From the NCBI RefSeq assembly GCF_009914755.1, contig NC_060938.1: DNA of 64,000 nt; one strand, written 5' to 3'. The DNA is from the human T2T-CHM13v2.0 reference genome, Homo sapiens. Both the position numbers and the translations under genes were made by a program. Positions 51,730-64,000 of the stretch are shown piece after piece (within the stretch, counting starts at the first letter, position 1; every line of letters begins with the position of its first letter). Under the pieces are notes generated by a model. It ran no database searches. It saw only the letters and a program-made list of their open reading frames with translations, and was not told the DNA's origin.

Positions 51730-53496
51730 AATTGATATACTAACTGAACAATTTAAAGGGTCAATGACTTTGGGAAAATGGCACTATGTCGTTCAAAACT
51801 AGAATTAAACTGTTAGAGAATAGCTCCTTTTAAATTCCAGCAAAATAGCTGGTAAGAGTAAGGGAGCCCTTCTGGAGTCTGGTGCTGGGAAAGCAGGTAA
51901 GGAAATGGGCTGCTCTTAAATGCCCTCTCAACAACTGTGGCCAGGAAAACAGGAGACATGGAACATAAAGGGTGGACAGCAGGGGAGGTAGGGCATACGC
52001 ACAATGAAGTTCTCAATTTGCAAAGATGGGAGAGGAAAAGCAGAATGCTGTTCTCATGCAGCAAGGGAATTCTAGAGGGCTACATCAGGTCAACACGAGG
52101 GAAGAGCAGGTCTGGCTCATTAATGCTGGGATAACATGCAAATAAGCAGTCCTCTCCTACATAAATACACCCACACACAGGTTGCATTCAATCTGTCTGC
52201 TACTACTCTAAAGTGCTTGATAACAAAAGTAAAATGGAAAGAATAATACATTATATTTAGAAATGCAATTTTAAAAGTCCTCATATATTTCTGGACATTG
52301 ACACAAGGCAAAAGGACTCATAAAACATTACATTATTTACAAAGCAGCCTGGCTGTGAGTTTAATATGAATTATGGCAAGAACTGATCCAGTGCATGATT
52401 TCCCTGAATAATTAATTTAGTGTTCAGAAACAGGAAACTTAGAAAACAACATGTCTAGTCCGTAGTTTTGAGAGGTCAGGTGCAGGCAACAGAAAAATAA
52501 TTACCTTTATCTAGCAAAAAAGTTGTTTTATAGGATCCATCTACACAATGAAGTTGTGGCAATCCCAGGATCTCACACAACTGTAGGCAACCAATAAAGA
52601 TAAAAAAGAGAACTAGACTGAATCAAAGCAAAGTGAATAAAACAAAGATAAATTGAATTATAATCAGTGCATCCAAGTACTGGGCTCTGAACAAGTTGAG
52701 GAACTTGAGGAAATAAACTTGAGACTCTGTAATGCTGCTGGACTTCTTTTATTCAAAGAGATGGTAAACAAAGAAGGCATGAGAGGAGAAAAGAGCAAGG
52801 CAATCCAAGTTTCTCAATAATTATTCTCTTTTTAACAAAAATAAACAATAAAAATTTGGATACATTATCATTGCATTGAGTATCATTGTAAGGATCTCCA
52901 CTCTAGCTGTTGTTCTCTGGTGCTTTTTAAAAAGGTTAAATACATTCTTTTTTTTCTGTTTGGTTAGGCACAGTCCTATTACTAACTGCTAAATCCTAAA
53001 CAAGAAATAAAAAATGTGAGCAGAGGCAAATGTAGCCATTTCTCAGGGACTGAGTTAACTAGCGTCACATGGCATGACCTGACCTTCTCTAACTCCTGGG
53101 CTCTGGCTTCCTCCTTGGTCTTGGCTTACCTCATAGCTACTGGACTTTTGACCTTAGTAAGTCAAAGGCTTCTTAGCCCTGGTGCTATTTCTTGGCTTCC
53201 ACACATTCTGTACAATTGCAGCCCTGACAGCTAATTTAGCTTCACTGTTGGTGAGTTTCTTGTTTGCTTTTGCTGCTGTCCAAATGATTCAAGGTGCTGA
53301 ATGACGCCATCTGTATGTTGCTAGAGGCTGAGAGGGGGCTGGGAGGAAGCCTTAAGTCAAGAGACGTGATTGGAGCAGTACTGGGTGTGGACACAGCCAA
53401 TTAAAGGGAAACCTTTTGTTTCCCTTTTTCATGTGGACAGAGCTCCAACATCTTCTCTTGGAGCTGAGTTTGAGATATGCTTTTTATGTTTCCTTA

Positions 53497-53766
<270 letters not shown>

Positions 53767-54929
53767 TTAAATATTTCAGGGCACAAATACAAGCTAATTA
53801 GAAAAGTTCAAAGTATCTAGATCATTAAAATATTTTAAAATTAAAAAATAAATAAATGGTAGAGTTGATATTGGGAAGACTCCAAATCAGAAGGAAAGAA
53901 ATCACATAGATCACAGGGGCAGTAATGGTCAAGTGGTTTTCTAATTAGACAGCAAGAAAACAAGAGAATATGAGATAAGATTTAAATAAGTTCTGGCAGT
54001 AAAGTGGTTAAGAAATATAGGTGGGAAGAGGTGTGCACTTTCAGATGATTTACAGCAATCCAGTAACATAAAAAATGGGAGTCGCTTTATTCCAATTCCA
54101 TTACACATAATAATGGCAATTTGTTTGCAAAAAACTGGGTCTGTCTGTTTTGGCATATTCAAAAATAAGAGATGCCTCAATAAATCTAAACATATTCTGT
54201 ATGTGAGTAGTAGCATTATCTAGATCCTTTGATCAGGAGATCAGGGGAGGCAATCCACCTCTCCCTTCTGCTGCTGCCCCTACTGCATTCCATGTGGCTT
54301 TCATGCAATCTGTCAATCCACAATCTCATGAGCAGTGTAAGAAAAGGTCCATCTGCACAGCATGGAGGGTTTCTGTTAAAGCAAACAACCTAGGCTAATT
54401 TATTATATGAAAAGGGCCCTTTTCTTGTAATGACTTTTTCACATAATTATTAAAGAATGCTATTTCTGCCATAAATTGACATTTGTAATGTAGTGGGAAA
54501 AGATGCAAACTCAGGGAAAAAGAAAATTATCTTTCTTCATCCTGGAACTGATGACAGATCTGACACTTATGTCAATACAGGTGGACCTTAAGAAGCTACT
54601 GTCGGGGAGAAATGTCCAGAATCTAATACCTGCTGGAGATAAAAACAATACATTATAAACCTCTCTTTCTTTTTCTTAGTCTTAGAATTAGGGGCTAAAT
54701 TCACATGAATCATTTTGTGTATGAACTAAAAATAAATATAATGAGAACATCTTATTGCTCTTAGTGCTGATGACCAGGCTTAAAACTATTTCTGCATGTC
54801 ACTTAGTAAAGTTAACTTCCTTAAAAAAAAAAAACACAACAGCTGAAATGATGTCACTGCTTCCAGTGTGCTAACTAAAAGAAAAAAAAAACTTAGTTCA
54901 CTTTATTTTTTTTAGAAATATGTCCAATA

Positions 54930-56205
<1,276 letters not shown>

Positions 56206-57900
56206 AGAAATATCTCCAATAATACTATTACAGCACAAGGAAACAAAGGGAAAATAAAAATAACATTTTCTTCACTTTAAAAAACAATGGATACCTCATG
56301 CACTATTTTAAAAATCAACTTCATTGAAGTATAAATTACATGAAATAAATTGATATAAGTGGATAAATCTATGAGTCTTGACAAATATAACTACCCATAT
56401 AACCAAAATCACAATCAAGCCATGAGACATTTTCATCAACCCCAAAAGTTTTATTGCAATCTATGTAACCAACAATGTTAACCTCAGGCACAGATCTACT
56501 TTCTGTCACCCTAGTTTACCTTGTCTGACATAGAATTTCATGTAAATGAAATCATAAAATATGTTATATGTACTCTTTTCTGGCTGGCTTTTTTGGCTTA
56601 TTATAAAGTTTTTGAGATTCATTCATACATACATTTGGGTTCTTTCACCTTTTATTACTTATTAGTATTTCATTAAATGGATCTAGCATAATTGTTTATC
56701 AGTTCACCCACAAATGGACATTGTAGTCTTTTTTTCCAGTTTGCAGCTATTACAAATAAAAATGCAATGAACATTATGTACAAGTGTTTCAGTGGGTACA
56801 TGCTTCCGTTTCTTGTGGGTAAATACCCAGAAGCAGCATTGTTGGGTCATATGATAAATTCATGTTTGAGCTGTATGTCTATCCTTAATAAACTTACCAC
56901 CACATTATATTTATTATTGTAGCTTTATCCTAAGCCTGAAATTCAGGTAGTGAGAGCCTTCCAATGTCTTTTCCCTTTCAAGATTGTTTTGGATATAGGA
57001 CCATTGAATTTCCATATACATTTTAGAAATGCTTTGTTGATTTCTACAAAAAGTTGTGAATTTATAAAAAGCCCACTCTATCATGTATTTCTTTATAGAC
57101 CATGCTTTTGCTAATAAATCCTTGCATAACCAAATTTTCTCCTATATTTTATTCTACAAATCGCATTGTTTAAAATTTTACATTTGAGTCTATGATCTAC
57201 TTCAAGGTAAGTTTTGAATAGGGCAAAATATATGGATTGAGATTCATTTTTTGGCATATTCTGGAAGATTTGTACAGACTTGGTATTATATCTTCCTTAA
57301 ATGTTTGGTAGAATTCTCTGCTGAAGCCATGTTAAGCCCAGATTTTCCTTTGCTGGAGGACTTAAAACTTCATATTCAATATCTGTATAGTATACTTTAG
57401 ACTTCAATTTCCTCTTAAGTGACTTTTGGCAGTTTGTTTATTTTCAGAAAGGTATCCATTTCATTCAAGTTGTCAAATTTCTTGGCATAAAGTTATTCAT
57501 GTGATTCCCTTACCACCCTTTTAATGACTATCCAGTTTGTAGTGATGTCTCTTCATTAATTTCTTATATCCTTTCTTTTTTGTTTGGTCTGGTAACAAAC
57601 TTGTCAATTTTATCAATTTCTCTTGTAATGAACCAGCAGTTGTTTCATGGAATTTCTCTATTATTTTTCTATACTTAGTTTCATGGATTTCTTTTCCTAT
57701 CTTTATTATTTCCATTCTTTAACTTAACTTTAATTTGTTCTTTTCTTCCTAGATTCTTATAGTGGAAGCTTGTATTATTGATTTGAGACATTTGAGACTT
57801 AGTTTAATATGACCATTTAATGCAATAAATACTTCAGCAATATTTCACAAATTTTGAAAAAGCTGTGTCTTTATTTTCTTTCAATTCAAAATATTTTCTA

Positions 57901-59178
57901 TCATACCATATATAAAAACAAACTCAAAACAGATTACAGACATAAAGATAAGACCTAAAACTATAAAATTACTAGAAGATGTGGAGACAACTCCATGACA
58001 TTGGTATGGGCAACGATTTTTTTATATGACCCCAAAAGCACAAACAAAAAAAAGCAAATATAGACAAACGTTAAGACATCAAACTAAAAAGCCTCTGCAC
58101 AGCAAAGGAAACAATCAATAGAGTGAAGAGACCACCTGTGGAACAACTCAATAGCAAGAAAACAAATAATCCAATTAAGAAATAGGCAAAGGATCTGAAT
58201 AGACATGTCTCAAAAGAAGATGTACTAATGGCCAATAGGTATATGAAAAATAGACATTTCTCAAAAGAAGACATATAAATGGACAACACGTATATGAAAA
58301 ATTGCTCAACATCACCATTCAGAGAAGTGCAAATTAAAAACACAATGAGATATTACCTCAACCCTGTCAAAATGGCTACTATAAAAACAAAATGAACAGA
58401 TAACAAGTATTGATGAAAATATGGAGAAAAGAGAACCCTGTACACTCTGGGGAATGCAAATAGGTACAGCCACTATAAAAACAGTATGGAGGTTCTTCAA
58501 AAAACTAAAAATATAACTACCATATGATCCAGCAATCTGACTTCTGGGTATCCATAAGGAATATCCGGAGGAATTGAAGTGAGGATCTCAAAGAGAAAAC
58601 TGCATTCCCATGTTCACTGCAGCATTATTCACAATAGCCAAGATATGAAATCAACCTTAGTGTCCATCAATGAATAAATATATATAGAAAATGTGGTGTA
58701 TTGATACAGAATGGAATACCACTCAACCTTAGAAAGAAATATTAACATTCCGGACATGATTAAACCTGGAGAATAATACGTTAAGTGAAATAAGCCAGGC
58801 ACATAAAAACATCTACCATATGTGGAATCTAAAAAACCTGAATGCATAAAAGCAGAGAGTAGAACAGTGGTTACTGGGGCTAAGCGGTGGGTGAGAAATG
58901 GTCAGTGATGTTGGAAAAAGGATATAAAATTTAAGTTAGGAGGAATAAGTTCAAGATATCTATTGTATAATGAGGTGACTATAGATAATAATATTATATT
59001 GTATTTTTGAAAGTCACTAAGATAATAGAAAAATTTAAGTGTACTTACCACAAAAAAAAGGTAAGTAAGTGAGGTATGCATATGTTAACTACCTTGATGT
59101 AGCCATTCCACAATGTATACATAGTTCAAAACATGATGTGGTATATGGTAAATATACATAAGTTTTGTCAACTAAAAC
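57901..59178 (+). mobile_element. L1MA (approx. MA4-MA7), 5'-truncated
   Basis: catcaaactaaaaagcctctgcacagcaaagg; L1MA-type tail aggaataagttcaaga...tagccattccacaatgtatacata. Confidence 0.88.
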
Positions 59179-59902
59179 CATTAATTAATTTTAAATATAT
59201 GTAGTCTAAATTCCCTTGTGAATTTCTCTTTAACCCATGGGTTATTCAGAAGAGTGTTGTGAAATTTCCAAATACTCAGAGATTTTTCCAGATAACTTTA
59301 TGTTCTTAATTCCTCATTTAATTCTGCTAAGGTCCAAATCCTACTTTGCATAAATTTAACACTTTTACATTTCCTAAGACGTTTTATGGCCCAGGAGGTC
59401 AAACTTGGTGAATATTCTATGTGCATCTGAAAATAATGTGTATTCTGCTGTTGTTGGGTGGCAAGTTCTATAAATATCCGTTAGATTAAGTTGACTGATA
59501 GTTTTTCAGATTTTCTATTTGCTTAATAATTTTCTGTTTGTTCTATAAATTAATGAGAAAGAAATATTGATGTCTTCACATATACTTGTGGATTTTTTTC
59601 TCTTTTTCCTTTCAATTCTATTATTTGCTTTAAGTATTCTGAAGCTCTGCTGTTAGGTGTATAAACAATGAAACTTGGTACATTTTCTTGAAGAATTTAT
59701 CCGTTTCATAATATGTGGTGTCCCTCTTTATATCTGGCATTATTTCTTGTCCTTCATGAACATATAACCATTTTAAACTTCTTAGAATTAATGTTTCCAT
59801 GGTACTATGTTGTCATTCTTTAAATCCCTGTGTCTTTATAAAGTTGTTGTACACACGTATATATGACTCCCTCATCTTTTTGTGCAGTCTGACAATCTCT
59901 AC

Positions 59903-60223
<321 letters not shown>

Positions 60224-61106
60224 TAAGTTGTTTCTATCATTTATATTTTAATGTATATGCAATTAAGGATACTAGCTTACCAATTTTTTTCTGTTTGTTA
60301 CATCTGTTTTTTTGTTACTTTTTTTCCTTTTCTATATTATTTGATATTATTTGTTGATACTTCTTTTTATCTTCTCTCCTGGTTTATTTGTATAATTATC
60401 CTATTTCACACACAATGACCTTAAAGCTGTATATTTCCATTTCTCCTCTTCCTGCCTTTATGCTATTTTTCTATGTCTTTTACATACACAAATGTTAGAA
60501 AAACCAAAATAGAATGGTATTTTTTGCTTTAAATAATTACCTTTAAAATAATGTTTAAAATAAAAAAGTATCTAATTTTACTATTTCTGTCACTCTTCAT
60601 GGATTTGTATAGAGCCAAGGTTTCACATGGTATCACTTTCTTCCATCTGATGAATTTTCTTTAGTATTTCATAAAAGCTGGATGGCAAACACTTTTCTCA
60701 GATTTTCTCTCTGAAAGTTTTTATCTCATCTTTTTTTGGAAAGCTATTTTTGTTGTATATAGAGTTGTATGTTAATGTTTTTAGCTCTTTAAAATGTAAT
60801 TCCCTTGTCTCCTGCTTTGAATTATTTCTGATGAGAAGTATGTGTTATCTGTTCCCCTGTATGCAATGTTTTTTCTTCCCTAATTATTTTACAGTTTTAA
60901 TCTTCATCAATGACTTTAAACAATTTGATAGTGATGTGCCTTGAAGTGTTTTTTTTTTTTTTCAGTTTATCTTGGTTGAGGTTCACTGTGCTTTGAACTA
61001 TAGATTTATACATTTCATGACATTTAGAAAATTTTCACCATTGTTTTTGTCTTTAGGGGAGGTTCAGTTTGGATAATTTCCATTGCTATGAGTTCACTGA
61101 TATTTT

Positions 61107-61434
<328 letters not shown>

Positions 61435-61484
61435 AGTTCACTGATATTTTCTACTGTGATGTCTAATCTGCCATTTAAATATAT

Positions 61485-61853
61485 GCTATTAGTCGGTTCT
61501 CATGCTGCTATAAAGAAATACCTGAGGCTGGTTAATTTCTAAAGAAAAGAGGTTTAATTGACTCAGTTCAGCATGGCTTGGGAGGCCTCAGGAAACTTAC
61601 AATCACGGTAAAGGTGAAGGGGAAGGCAAGACACCATCTTCACAAGGCTGCAGGAAGGAGAATTGCTGAGTGAAGGGAAGAACCTTTATAAAATCATTAG
61701 ATCTCATAAGAACTCACTATCATGAGAATAGCATGGGAGAAACTGCCTCCATGATTAAATTACCTCCACCAGATAATCCCCTTGACACATGGGGATTATG
61801 GGGATTACAATTCAAGATGAGATTTGGTTGGGGACACAAAGCCTAACCATATA
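61485..61853 (-). mobile_element. THE1C-like MaLR solo LTR
   Basis: tattagtcggttctcatgctgcta...acaattcaagatgagatttgg..ggggacacaaagcctaaccatat. Confidence 0.92.
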
Positions 61854-61964
61854 TACCCAGTAAACTTTTCATATAAATATTATATTTTTCAGTTCTAAAA
61901 GCTGTGTTTGGTTATTTTATATGTGTTCCATTTCTCTCCTAAGTATGTTCATGTTTTCATTTAA

Positions 61965-62374
<410 letters not shown>

Positions 62375-64000
62375 TCCTGCTTTTTTATATGTGTAAATTA
62401 GATGCCAGATATTATAAATTAATATGAGCAGTTGGACTTTGTTGCCTTTTTTTAATGGATATTGACATTTGTCTTGGCAGAACATTAAGTTAATTGCAGA
62501 TCAGTTTTATCCTTTCAAGGCCTATTTTTAAGCTTTGTTAGGACAGCTCTATAGCAGTCTTTGTTCTGGGGATAGTTCATTCCTAGTACTAACGATTCTT
62601 TGAACATCTCTAAATATTCTCCCAAGTGTTTGGTGAACTTTCTCCTATTTGCTTGATAGAAACTCGAATGTCTCTCAGCCCTATGAGAGCCCTAGGAAGT
62701 GGTCATTTCACAGCTTACCAACAACTGCTCTTTCTCCTGCTTTAGAGTTCTACCCTATGCATACACAGATTTGTATTCAGTCAAATACTAAACCAGATCC
62801 TTACACAGATTTCTGGAGCTCTTTCTTTGTATAAGTCCAACCTTTCCATTATTGTTCCCCCAAAATCCTGTTGGCTTGGCCTCCCTGAGCTCTTATCTCT
62901 GTCTTCTTTAAGCAGCAAGACAATTAGGCTCTGCTTGGGTTCTCCCTTTCTATACTACACTCTGGTCCTGCTGCTAGGCAGGAAGCTCAGGTGTTTGTAG
63001 TACTTACCTTGTTTGTTTCCCTTTTCTGAGGGATCACGTTACTGCATGGTGTGTTGGCCAATGTCTAAAACAGTATTTTATAAATTTTGTATTGTTTTCC
63101 TATTTGTTTAGAGCAAGAGGGCATGTCTCAAACCAGTTACTCCTCATGCACTTTTAAAATAGAGAATAGTAATATTGTCTACTTAATATTTTGACTATTT
63201 AATTCTATGTAAACTGCATTTTACAAGAAAAGTGAAAGAAAAAGGTAATCTCCATAACTGGTAAGAGTGCATTTTTAGGATAAGCAATAAAATGAAATAA
63301 AAATACAAAATGTATGAATTATCATATAACTCTCAGGCTCCAGTTTGAGCTACACTGGGTGGAACTTTAATTAACAGTTATAAGGTTGTCCCTGATTAGA
63401 AAACAAATACTTATTAAAATGCAGGACTGTAATTAAGACACAGATCCTCTTTCCATATCCTTTCCTAAACCTTGGGTAGCTAATTCTGATGTAAAGAGTA
63501 GAGAAAAAATTCAAGGGATTTAGTGTTTGGGCTGGGGCGTGTATGAAAATAATAGCTGGAGAGAAAGATGAAACAGCAAACCATTTCCCTGAATAACAGC
63601 TCAACTTTATAAAGACTTCTAACTCATGTGTTGTCAATTTGCTTGTGTGATGCAAGAGTCAGGTGGGAAAACTCAAGAGGCTTAGGAGGCAAGGGTTCTA
63701 CCAGCTCAGCACCATTCCAGTGCCGTCTGATGTCATTCACATGCCTCTTTCTTCAAGAACCCCTCTATATTTCATTTCTCTCTGTTTCTGCACTGCTGAC
63801 ATTTGAACCTCACATTTTGTGTGATGCCTCTTTGTAAAACGATGGTTAAAATGTAATAAATAATTTGGTGTTCGAGTAAGGCTTGAATGCCTCAAATCCT
63901 AATTGTTATTATGTTTCTTTATAAGGGTGGCTGAGAAGACATTAAAAAAATTAGGTAGAATAATACCAAAATATGCTGCACATATTAAAGCTATCATTTA

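Noticed and set aside
50690-52900. Possible ancient LINE (L2/CR1) internal remnant or pseudogene
   Set aside because: Purine-skewed and suggestive, but I could not match a consensus or peptide by eye. Needs Dfam/nhmmer.
53298-53318. CTCF-like site (catacagatggcgtc)
   Set aside because: The 5' half of the core motif mismatches at several conserved positions.

Overview
AT-rich, CpG-depleted primate (almost certainly human) genomic DNA lying inside one large gene on the minus strand. The only protein-coding sequence I can support is a 139-nt internal exon at 53571-53709 (-), translating to [47 protein letters not shown] recognise it as exon 2 of PRKD1 (protein kinase D1, N-terminal ubiquitin-like domain). 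Positions 1-53570 are therefore intron 2 and 53710-64000 the end of intron 1. The rest is typical intronic landscape: 12 Alus, young L1PA and old L1M fragments, L2/MIR/CR1 remnants, MaLR and ERVL solo LTRs, and hAT (MER3, MER5) and mariner (MADE1) MITEs. All other ORFs in the track are repeat-derived or chance. I see no convincing new multi-gene system. The best leads are small-scale: (1) a tandemly amplified MADE1 terminal-repeat array; (2) a fold-back MADE1 hairpin of the miR-548 type; (3) an exon 2 donor that fits U1 only in a bulged register; (4) a twin-primed 5'-inverted L1PA2 which, with Alus, places inverted repeats on both sides of exon 2; (5) a 51-bp Z-DNA-prone tract; (6) a tailless Alu; (7) a possible overlap with a schizophrenia GWAS interval, recalled from memory and unverified. 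Repeat subfamily names and old-repeat boundaries are by eye and approximate.
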